Below are positions 51,115 to 61,807 of a stretch of 64,000 bases of DNA, in pieces (the first letter of the stretch is position 1; each line of letters begins with the position of its first letter). The notes under the pieces were generated by a model that saw nothing but the letters and a program-made list of their open reading frames with translations, made no database searches and was not told where the DNA came from. Made by a program: the position numbers and the translations under genes. Source of the DNA: Ophelia neglecta (lineage: Eukaryota); assembly GCA_965285935.1 (NCBI GenBank), contig OZ260662.1, positions 98,952,001-99,016,000 on the forward strand, read 5' to 3'.

Positions 51115-52150
51115 ATGGTAGCAACTATAGCAACAGCAGGCTACTGTCGAACTCCCTTAAAGGCCCTATACGTGGAGCATATAGCGGCTGAATTCAATGA
51201 TACAGATGACGATATCGTCAATGTCATATGCAAGTTTGCAAAAAAAGCAAGGGTGCGACCGTAATGTCCGGTCTATAAGAAATAGACAATGATAAGTCAG
51301 TAGAGTATAACATTGTTGTCCCTGCCGACCAGCAACCAAGAGTCCTTAACCAGGCCTTCTGGCCATGTGACCGTTACCTGCCCTGCATGGGAAATACAAG
51401 TTATCAACGCCGGAGAAAGGAAAATGACATGTCCTGGAAACAAACTGAATGGGAGCGCCCCCTTGGACGTGGAGAAGATAAAGACATGCGTTATGCAGTC
51501 ACGGATTATCGCCGTATACGGAGAGACTGTGATCACAGCAGCAACCCTAACCTCCACTAGTGTTTTGTGTACTAATCCAAATCAACAAAACACTGAGACC
51601 AGAACGGTTCTAAAATTGGGACAAAGGAATTGTAGAGGCCTCTCTGGCTCCAAAGACTTCCTAACCTACTTTGTTGTATCCCAATAGTATTGGAAACTGT
51701 GCCAGTGAGCTGTGCGATATACCATCCGACCGTATCTGTGCTCAATCTTCTATGAGTAATACTTAACATATATTGTCAGTATACTTACCCAAAGAAATGT
51801 AAGCAGGCCTGTTTCGTCGATGTAGTAGACATATTTGATGAAATCGTAGCTAAATATTCCGAGGTCTGACCTGTTATAATTCTCGGGTACATGCATGTAC
51901 AGTTCGATGTGTCATATGGTGTTAGAGGTAGTTTGAATATAGATAAAAATTGTGACTATTTAACAAATGTTATGAGAGAGAAGGCACTAACACCAGTAGA
52001 TATGACTATTAAGTGTAATATGCCTTCTCACACCTACAAGGGTTATCACGGTTCCTGCTCCTATATAGACATCTGTATTGTATCGGTATTTTCATGAATC
52101 GGTTGTAGCCCGCACTGTCCTAGACGGTTAAACACGTGTGTCATCGGAAC
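51115..52150 (+). mobile_element. Old LINE (RTE-X/CR1-like) ORF1 C-terminus plus endonuclease remnant
   Basis: LYVEHI…TDDDIV…IVVP…FWPCD/VTCPAW; LKLGQRNCRGL; IILGYMH…HTYKGYHGSCSYIDICIVS. Confidence 0.6.
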
Positions 52151-52211
52151 ATTTAGAGACACATTTTAAGATATGGTGAGAGAAAAAGTGGCCAGATTTT
52201 CGTCTCGGAAA

Positions 52212-52873
52212 TGGGCCCATTACCCCAACGACTGGCACGACCCACCTAGGGGTGCAATTAACGTGGGCCCATTACCCCAACGACTAGCACGACCCACCTA
52301 GGGTGCCATTAACGTGGGCCCATTACCCCAACGACTGGCACGACCTACCTAGGGTGCCATTAACGTGGGCCTATTACCCCAACAACTGGCACGACCCACC
52401 TAGGGAGCCATTAACGTGGGCCCATTACCCCAACAACTGGCACGACCCACCTAGGGGTGCCATTAACGTGGGCCCATTACCCCAACGACTGGCACGACCC
52501 ACCTTGGGGTGCCATTAACATGGGCCCATTACCCCAACGACTGGCACGTCCCACCTAGGGTTGCCATGAACGTGGGCCCATTACCCCGACGACTGCAACG
52601 ACCTACCTAGGGGTGCCATTAACGTGGGCCCATTACCCGAACGACTGGCACGACCCACCTAGGGGTGCCATTATCGTGGGCCCATTACCCCAACGACTGA
52701 CACGACCCACCTAGGGAAGCCATTAACGTGGGCCCATTACCCCAACAACTGGCACGACCCACCTAGGGTGCTATTAACGTGGGCCCATAACCCAACGACT
52801 GGCACGACACACCTAGGGGTGCCATTAACGTGGGCCCATTACCCCAACGACTGGCACGACCCACCTAGGGGTG
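52212..52873. repeat. GC-rich minisatellite, 51-52-bp unit, ~13 copies
   Basis: Consensus TGGGCCCATTACCCCAACGACTGGCACGACCCACCTAGGGGTGCCATTAACG, head to tail with no spacers. Confidence 0.97.
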
Positions 52874-53029
52874 TTCTTGAAGCTGTATTCTTCCTGAGCC
52901 TTTTTATCATAATCAATGTTCAACCTACAAGACCGCGATCAGTACACATAAGCTGAATTTGTAGTCCTCAGGTAAAACCATGGAAGTGTCTGTTGTATAG
53001 CATCTAATTAATATATAATCCGCTTATTG

Positions 53030-53210
53030 GAATACATAACCCAAAGTATTCATGAAAGTATTCATGAAAGTATTCATGAATGTATTATGAATACTTTAGA
53101 AAGTATTCGTATTCGAATACATCTGAAAACGTCTGTATTCGTATTCGTATTCGTGAGATTAATCATTATTCGTATCCGAAAACATTTTATGTGTATCCAC
53201 CCCATGCCTG
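53030..53210. mobile_element. hAT-like MITE terminus with subterminal GTATTC repeats
   Basis: (AAAGTATTCATG)n and (GTATTC)n repeats ending in CCCCATGCCTG (CAGGCATGGGG on the minus strand). Confidence 0.5.
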
Positions 53211-54499
53211 GTCTCTGCTCACAAGCCTGTCGACACATTGGTCGTAATCTGTGCTCTTTCTGTGGAGAGGAAGGGGACGATTTGTTTTACCTCCTAATGG
53301 TATGTAGGGGTCAGGCGCTTTAACATGACACGCTGTTCAAGCTAAGAGTCGATGGGCCTACCAGTGATGTATCTTTAAGTCCGTGCTCATGAATTAACTC
53401 CCCGAAAATTATCCTGTCAGCTCAAGGATTAAAGTACTAAATACTATTGCTTATATGTATTACAAAATATCGTCGTTATGCCGTTAAGTGCTTGTCGCCC
53501 CTATCAGGGACAAAGGTTTAGGAGACCATTTCATATTCCTACTTTCATATTAACTCTCATCCATGCATTTGTGTGTAATTTAATTTGCGTTTATTGTTTG
53601 ATTTCTTCCTTACCATCAATATTATTGTTTAACTTTTGATGAACTCTCCAGAAAGTGAAGTATAGAAAAACGATTCTCGCCTTCTCCCCTTTTAGCAATA
53701 CGTGATTGCTTACAGAGTTTAATCCGGGAATACTTTATAAGTTGACAGTGTCATGAGTGAAAGAAGTTTTGGATAAATCAATTACTGAAAATTCGAATTC
53801 AATATTTGACAAGTAAAATGTGGCTTTGATAAATTACAAGCCGCACTTCTAATATTGGAACGTAATAACGAACAACTATTGTTTATATTTTTCAGTTATC
53901 TACTTAATTAGTTAAACCCGTCCTCTATACATTATTAAGATAGGGGTGGAGATGATCCCTCATTATAAATTGTGCATCGGGGGGCAATATCGTAAAAATC
54001 AACATGCGTTGTGCAATGGCACAACAACGGATAATTCGAACATTCTTTGGACAAAATGATATGTCCAAAGACACGCATACAGCTCAGCTATAAAAAGGGC
54101 AAGGTCACCCAAGGGCGAAAAGGGTCAAAATTTGACCCAGCACATAAAATCTTGCTCCTGGAGGTAAATAGTTTTCGAGAAAATGATAAATATGTTTTCA
54201 AGGCCAAATTTTATCTGCTCTATAAAGAAGTAAAAGTTACCTCCAAGATGGAAAATCCTGTACAAAAAAAAATGAAAGTGGGTAAATCAGTATAGCTGAT
54301 GTTCATAACAATATGCAAAAAAAAATAAAAAGACCTTAGCTAAAAGTTAGACGTTTCCCTGAACTGAGAACTTGCACGTAGGTTATTCATTATTTGTTGA
54401 CAATATGTTCCAAAATAGATTTCCAAATCCAGAGTCCAATTTGAGGCTTTACAGAGTAATAGTTGTATTTCTGAAGATGTAAATTAAGAAACTCAGTGT

Positions 54500-56462
54500 T
54501 CCTACGTACATGTAAGGATAGTTATACGTATAGGTTACCTAGCAGGAAGTGATGTTTTGAAGAATTTTAAATTGAGAGAAAATGTATCTAATGTTAATAT
54601 ATCTAATGGGCCGATCAACACTTTAGGCATAATGCTGCCATGTGGACCAAACCCCGACATTTTGCTACAAAATTTTGATTAAGCTCTTCAGAATGTTGAG
54701 TTGTCATTGACAAGGTGGAAATGCCGGAGGTTAATTCTGTTGGGTAAAAGTCTGATAATTAAGGCAATGGTTATGGGAAAAGTTAATTATCTTCATACTA
54801 ATGTTCCCAAACCCAAGCATCTCTTTTTCAAAGCACTTGAACAGGTAATATTTAAAAGTCTATGGGAAAAAATCCGGATAAGATAAAAAGAAGTTTAATG
54901 TACAATGGTAGATTTAATGGAGGTTTGGGTATTCCTCATCCCGAAATTACATGTCATAAACTGAAAATCGGTTGGGTGAAACGTCTTGGCGCGCAATGGG
55001 GTACCGTGTGGATAAGTTTTGAAGAGAACCTGTTTTTTTCAAATTCGGCGGCTCCTACATATTTAAATGCAATATATCATACAATAATGTGCAGAAATAC
55101 ACCGAAAAAGTTTCCTCGGTCTTTTGAAAAGAAGTTTTATCCTCCTGGTACCTTCTAAATTTCTCCGACAATCCCATCACACAGTCCAGCATAGTATGAA
55201 GTAATTCAATGATAACTATAAATGATCTGCCGTATGTAAAGAAAACGTGGAAAGGTGTAGGCATTTCACAAGTTTGTCACTTTTTTAATAATCAAAAGTT
55301 TGTAACCTTTTCTCACGCAATGGGGTACCGTGTGGATAAGTTTTGAAGAGAACCTGTTTTTTTTCAAATTCGGCGGCTCCTACATATTGAAATGCAATAT
55401 ATCATACAATAATGTGCAGAAATACACCGAAAAAGTTTCCTCGGTCTTTTGGAAAGAAGTTTTATCCTCCTGGTATCTTCTAAATTTCTCCGACAATCCC
55501 ATCACACAGTCCAGCATAGTATGAAGTAATTCAATAACTATAAATGATCTGCCGTATGTAAAGAAAACGTGGAAAGGTGTAGGCATTTCACAAGTTTGTC
55601 ACTTTTTTAATAATCAAAAGTTTGTAACCTTTTCTCACTTTCAAATATTGCATGGCAACAGCTGTGATTTCATGTCTTTTGAATGTATCAAACGAACTAT
55701 TCTAACGGCATTTGATAACAGGCCGCTCTAGGCGGACACAATTGTCGCGGTACGAACTAATACAAACCACTAACGGTAACATAAGGTGTACAAACAACTA
55801 TATGACAGGCTTAATATTAGGCAGATCCTGAGAAGTGTATCAACTTCCTGAAAAATACTCTCAGGCAGCAAATTACATCAAAAGACGTATTTCCCCTTGT
55901 GTATAAAGAATAAACTCACGCCCCCCCCCCCCCCCCCCCCGGCTTTGCAATGTAGTCAGCCATCTATGGAGTGATATTTATTAATGGTTTAGCGGGGGTA
56001 TGTAGAAGCAATCGTAACATCATTGCGCTCACGCTGGAAAATATCATGCGTCTGATATAACCTTCTCATCTTGATTGTAAAAAAATACATATGCTCCTAT
56101 TTTATTGCAAAATCGACGCCTTCTATAGGTATTGCAATAGCTTGTTTAACAAACGTAAAGCTATTGGAAGAGCCTATAGCCATAGAAAAGAATCGAAGAC
56201 ACAGCTAAGCAGCAAAATAGGAAATTTGTCTGTCAAATATAAACGACATGTAATGCTTATATTCTTATCAAACTAAAAAATGGTTCAAGTTGAAAGAATG
56301 TATGATCTGTTTTTGTTTCCTGTTCAGGTGCTGTCATTTTTGTTGTTTCCCTTCTGTATTATAGTTTCTACTGTCTTTGTCGGTGTAATTGTTTGTATGA
56401 ATGATTATATGAGTAGGTGTATCAACTTTTGAAATCAATAAAATTATCATAAAGAGAAAAAA
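54500..56462 (+). mobile_element. Degenerate Tx1/L1-clade LINE ORF2 3' half
   Basis: WKCRRLILLGKSLIIKAM…KVNYL, SLW…KIKRSLM…GGLGIP…KIGWVKRL, FWKEVLSSW; T-rich 3' UTR, AATAAA and A-rich tail near 56440-56462. Confidence 0.8.
54992..55637. repeat. Tandem duplication of ~323 bp inside the Tx1 remnant
   Basis: 54992-55315 is nearly identical to 55316-55637. Confidence 0.95.
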
Positions 56463-56857
56463 GGATAGTTAAAACATCCGCAAACCGGTCGACTTCAAAG
56501 GAAATCTTCAAAGGATAACTGTCCCCAACGCCTAAATTCTCCTCAAACATAAGTCGTGATCATTCTGTCAATTTCAACGAAATACATAGCCTACTGAACT
56601 TACTGCACAAGCGGTTATAGTCAACTCTTCAAAAAACATCATTTTTCAGGTTTGATATTAACTATAATTACATTAAACTACGTCAAGTTTGCTTTGAATG
56701 AGCAAGATCTTCGTCAGGAATGAACATTTGTCAAGGGAATTTGGAGCAACTTTGGTGAGAGTCTTGTCTTTATACTTAGAATTGTGATTCACGCCTGACT
56801 GATTTTGGCACTATACATTGTGTTGTCACCTTCACCTACTACACAAGAGCTTGTACA

Positions 56858-57868
56858 ATGACTGAGAGCAATAATAATTACACTGCGCTGCAAAATAAAT
56901 CACCGTGGCTAACAATATCAGGAGTCAGGCTTCCAAAAATGTCTGAATTGGAGATTGCCGAGGCTCGTCTGACACAGGCAAGAGAAAAGCATATTGAATT
57001 CCCAGCAAATGCAATTTTGGGGGTTCAATATATTCAACCAAAGAAATTTTGGATTGTGTATACAACCGACTCGGTGAATAAACAAACGATCCTCAACATG
57101 CATGTTGTCCACCTCAGGAACAGTGTGGGGCAGATCAATGACTTCTCCAAGTCCAATCCTTTGTCATCTGAGAAAAACATACGTATTTCTATTAGCGGAA
57201 TACCATTTCATATATCTAACCAAGAAGTTGAGAATTGGATTTCTGCTCATGCTGAGTTGGAGTCCTATGTTCAACAGCACACAGCGAAAATCACAAGCAC
57301 CAGTGCATTTAAAACATTGTATACTGGACACAGATATGTGTATGCCAAGACAATCCTTAAACCGATACCACGCTACTACAACTATGATTTGGCTGCCCCA
57401 TGTGAGCCATCTAACCTGATTCAGCTAGGAATCACAGTATATCACGACAACCAGCCTATAAACAGTAGGTATTGTAGGGATGACCATCACATTGATGTGT
57501 GTCCAATCCTTAAGTCAAGGATGATTTGTCCAATCTGTGGTAAATCAGTTGAATTAAAACGGCGTTTCCAAACCCCGGAGAGCTCCGTGTCACACAACGA
57601 TCAAAACCCAGATGATGTCAACGAGAAAACTGACTTTATTCAAACAGTATCTCAGAACGAACACACCACAGAGGAACATACTCTAACCAACGACTTGGGC
57701 ACCAGTGGCAGTGACACAGAATCTGACGCTGAATCCTGTTCAACTGCACCTGATGACCTTGGCCCAGATGCCTGTACCACCGTTAACGAGGGCACTGATG
57801 CACCAGAAGCTGTATCTGCCACAAAGGTAAACGTTGAAAGAAGAGAAACTACAGCTTCCATGAACTAA
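56858..57868 (+). CDS. LINE ORF1 (RRM-like region plus degenerate zinc knuckles), 336 aa
   Basis: IRISISGIPFHISNQEV, LYTGHRYVY…IPRY, VYHDNQP, RYCRDDHHIDVCP, CPICGK; K-rich tail after the stop; lies directly upstream of the ORF2 remnants. Confidence 0.75.
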   Translation: MTESNNNYTALQNKSPWLTISGVRLPKMSELEIAEARLTQAREKHIEFPANAILGVQYIQPKKFWIVYTTDSVNKQTILNMHVVHLRNSVGQINDFSKSNPLSSEKNIRISISGIPFHISNQEVENWISAHAELESYVQQHTAKITSTSAFKTLYTGHRYVYAKTILKPIPRYYNYDLAAPCEPSNLIQLGITVYHDNQPINSRYCRDDHHIDVCPILKSRMICPICGKSVELKRRFQTPESSVSHNDQNPDDVNEKTDFIQTVSQNEHTTEEHTLTNDLGTSGSDTESDAESCSTAPDDLGPDACTTVNEGTDAPEAVSATKVNVERRETTASMN

Positions 57869-60800
57869 ACCCCTGCCAAAGCCAAGAAGAAAAAGTCAAA
57901 AAAGAAACAAAAAAAACAAAGATCACAGTCAGCCAAACATAATAGATTTTGTGACGCCAACCGGAGAAAAGAAACAAAAGGAAAATTACACCAATTGACC
58001 ATACTACAAAACTACATAAGACATGATCATAATAATGGAGAATATATTTCTTCTATTTTTAATGACAACATTAAAATTGGTTAATGAATATTAATAGATC
58101 GTGTTTCTATCATTATACTAATGGCTAGCACTATCACAGACTTGGAGGACTATTGTGTGAGCATGACCACAACTTCTCGCTTCTTTTCAAGGTCAGAATT
58201 TTTCTCCGTGAAGTAAATGACTCATTATTGATCTTAAACCTTAATATAAGATCCTTATGAAATAAGAAACGCGCACTTGAATCTCTGTTACAGGAGATGG
58301 ATATGAACAATAAGGTACTAGATATTCTGACACTAGAGGAGACATTGCTTACAAATGAAAATAAACAATTGGCTGCATTGGAAGGATAAACATCTATTTT
58401 TAAGCACAGGCTTTCAAACATTGGTGGCGGTCTTGCTATATATGTACGAAATGGCAAAAACTACACTGTTCGCGACGATGTTTCAATTGATCTTGAGTAA
58501 TATGAAAATTTATTTATAGAAATTAAGTGTACACGTTTACGTCGAAAACTTCTAATTGGAGCATAATACCGACCCCCAAATCATAGCAACATTACTCAAT
58601 TTACTAACTATATTGAAACTACTCTAAACAAAATATAACATGAAAATATTGATTGTATACTTACTGGGACATGAAAATAGACTTACTAAATACTACAACC
58701 CACAAATCATCCTCAGTACATAGATGATCTAACTTCCCTTAGCTACCTCCATTTAATATCTCATCCAACATAAAATATCGTGGCTCTCTTTTAATCGTAA
58801 ACTTGAATGTTCAGTCTCTTCTGAGTAAAAAAAGTGAAATAGAAGTCCTTATTCATGAGATGTAAGCAACAAGTAGGAAGATTGATATAATGACGTTTGA
58901 AGAAACATGGCTAGACCAAAACATTAAACAGTTAGCTAAAATTCCAGAATATAATGTTATTTTTAAACATGAACAAGGAAATAAAATTGGTGGTGGAATT
59001 TGTATGTATTTAAGACAAGCCATAGAATATAAAATTAGAGAAGATTCTAAATATTCGGGTTTGATGCACTATTTGTTGAAGTAAGTACAATTTTTTTACA
59101 CAAGAACTTGATCATAGACACAATCTATCGATCCCCCAATATTTCAAATATATTGTACTTTATCACAAGGCTAGAAGAAGCACTAGTTAAAATAAATTAG
59201 AGTAAATATGAATGTATAATTAGCGGCGATATGAACATTGATCTATTGAACTCTCTAAATCATGCACCATCTTCGCAATATATTGATACTTTAATGACAA
59301 ATAGTTACTTACCAGTCATAAGCAAACCTACCCGTGTTACCCCTACATCGGCGACTCTCATAGATCATATCTTATGAAGCTGGTACAATACTTACATCTA
59401 TTTCTGACCATTATCCTAATTTCTTTTTCTTTCATAATGTCCAACCCAAGAAAGGTCCCAAACACTTGAAAGTTAAATTTCGTAAAATAAACAAACAAAA
59501 TATAGAACTATTAAATTCTGCTCTTGGTAACAACTCATGGCAAGAAGTGAATAATCTATGTAAAAACGCAGATGTAAATGGAGCATATAATTTATTTACA
59601 GATACATATAGAAACACTATGGAGACCATAATACCAGAAATAAATACAAAATTTAATAAGTATAAACATAAAATAAGCCATGGATCACATACGGAATCAT
59701 ACACTCGATACACACCAGGGATATCCTGGCCACCAAGAAAAATAAAAGCAAAAATACGCCACGTTTCGAAATCTTAAATTCACATTTTATAAAATATAGA
59801 ACAATTCTCGACACAACTATACGCCTTGCAAAAGAAAATTACTGGACCACAGATTTAAACAAACGCAATATAACATAAAACAAACTTGGTCTAACATCAG
59901 AGCTGTACTAGGACAGCATAGTGAAAACAATGTACAAGATATATTTTATGATGAATTAAATGAAAAAATCACCGACCCACAACATATAGCTGAACATTTT
60001 AACATATACTTTGCTAATGTAGGCGAAACCATTGCCCGTAAAGCGGAAGAAGCAAATGCACCATTATTCACTAATTATTTAAACCCTGCTTTAGTTAACA
60101 GCATCTTTTTAAAAGAGACAGACCAATCTGAAATTATAAAGATAGCAAGCACTTTGAAACTTAAAACATCTACAGGAATAGATGGCATATCTCCGAAACT
60201 AATGAAAAACACGATTTGTTCAATAGCCCCTCCATTAGTTGACATATTTAATACAATGCTAAAAACATCCATTTTCCCAGAAAATGCCAAAATTGCTAAA
60301 ATACTACGTATGTTAAAAAAAGGCAAGAAAACAGATGTAAGTAACTACAGGCCTGTGGCCATCTTACTTGCTTTCTCCAAAATTTTTGAGAGGTTACTTT
60401 ACTCATTTCTAAAGAATCAATACTTTTTGCTTCCCAATACGGATTTAGGAAATACCATTCAACAGAATACGCCTCTCTGGAACTTCTGGATCATATTGCT
60501 GAAAACATTAATAGAAAGGAAGAAGTTGGATCCATATTTATTGATCTAACTAAGGCTTTTGATAGCTTAAACCATACAATACTTCTGCATAAACTCCAAA
60601 ACTACGGTATCCAGGGAATTGCTCATAAACTCATTACCAATTATTTATCTGGAAGGACTCAGTTAGTTTATTATAACAAACACACGTCCAAGCATCTCTT
60701 TATTAACTGTGGGGTACCCCAAGGATTAATCCTGGGACCACTATTATTCCTTCTTTATATAAATGATCTAAATAATTCCCTACGCATGTCTCTTACCATT

Positions 60801-61597
60801 TTATTTGCAGATGATACAAGCTTGTTAATACATACCCCCGATCAGGAACAACTTTATTATAACCTAAATGCCGAACTACAAAGAATTAATCAATGGATGT
60901 GCTCAAATAAACTCTCTTTAAACGCAGAAAAAACTAAATATGTGATCTTCAAGAACCCAAGGAATAAACATCCTAATCACACTTCAGTTATAAAATTGAA
61001 TGGCCGCACTATTAAACTGGAAACAAATTTCAAATTCCTTGGTACCTATTTTAATGAACACCTAAATTGGACAATAAACATAGATGAGAAGTGTTAGAAA
61101 ATTGCAAAGATAATAGCAATTATGGGAAGACTAAAATATACCTTGCCAACACAAACACTCAAAACTATTTATACATCTCTCATACAACCCCACCTCAGCT
61201 TCGGTATTACTACTTGGTTTAATTTTACTAATAAAACAGCATATAACAGACTGTTTCTTCTTCAGAAAAGAGCTGTTCGTATTATAGCAAAATCTCCATA
61301 CTTATCACATACAGACCCCATTTTCAGGTCACTACAAATACTCAAATTGGAAGATTTATTTATCCATTCATGTTTAAATATATACTTCTCTGTACTGAAC
61401 AATAAGTGTCCTGAATTTACCAAAAAATCTGCCAATCTCAAGAACATTACTGAAAAATACTACTATACCAGAAATATTGAAGTTATACAACGCAAGCGCA
61501 CTAGAACAAATTATGCTAAGCGATGTCTCTGGCACAAGTTGTTAAGTTCAACTAACAAAATTTTATAGAACTTAAACAACTTCAACAACTTAAACAA

Positions 61598-61807
61598 CTT
61601 CAGGAACCCAAGGAATAAACATCCTAATCACACTTTAGTTATAAAATTGAATGGCCGCACTATTAAACGGGAAACAAATTTCAAATTCCTTGGTACCTAT
61701 TTTAATGAACACCTAAATTGGACAATAAACATAGATGAGAAGTGTAAGAAAATTGCAAAGATAATAGCAATTATGGGAAGACTAAAATATACCTTGCCAA
61801 CACAAAC
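61598..61807 (+). repeat. Internal duplication of 60947-61156 appended at the LINE 3' end
   Basis: Near-identical 210 bp; the junction has a doubled AACTTAAACAACTTCA. Confidence 0.92.

Larger units (their letters stand above)
35614..51800 (-). repeat. Right arm of the inverted segmental duplication
   Basis: For example, 35614-35700 is the reverse complement of 24275-24363, and 51660-51800 of 7780-7925. Confidence 0.95.
56750..61807 (+). mobile_element. Near full-length CR1/L2-group LINE with decayed ORF2 (two endonuclease domains plus RT)
   Basis: EN1 ~58225-58770 and EN2 ~58780-59430; RT motifs NYRPVAIL, QYGFR, DLTKAFD, GVPQGLILGPLLF, LFADDT, KFLG; LQKRAVRII. Confidence 0.88.

Noticed and set aside
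51313-51687. SUEL/rhamnose-binding lectin-like ORF
   Set aside because: The cysteine pattern is incomplete; the region is better explained as frameshifted LINE ORF1 (FWP…VTC.AW) running into an endonuclease start (NCRGL).
35614-51800. Inverted arm as an assembly or haplotig artefact
   Set aside because: The arms differ by many substitutions, independent TE insertions and inactivating lesions, and are inverted around a unique spacer.
52212-52873. CRISPR array, or a coding repeat (PLTWAHYPNDWHD ORFs)
   Set aside because: Units are head to tail with no unique spacers, there are no cas genes, the context is eukaryotic, and mixed 51/52-bp units break the reading frame.
55921-55940. Poly-C tracts (also near 6370, 15960, 25297 and 30774)
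   Set aside because: Simple homopolymers with no further structure.
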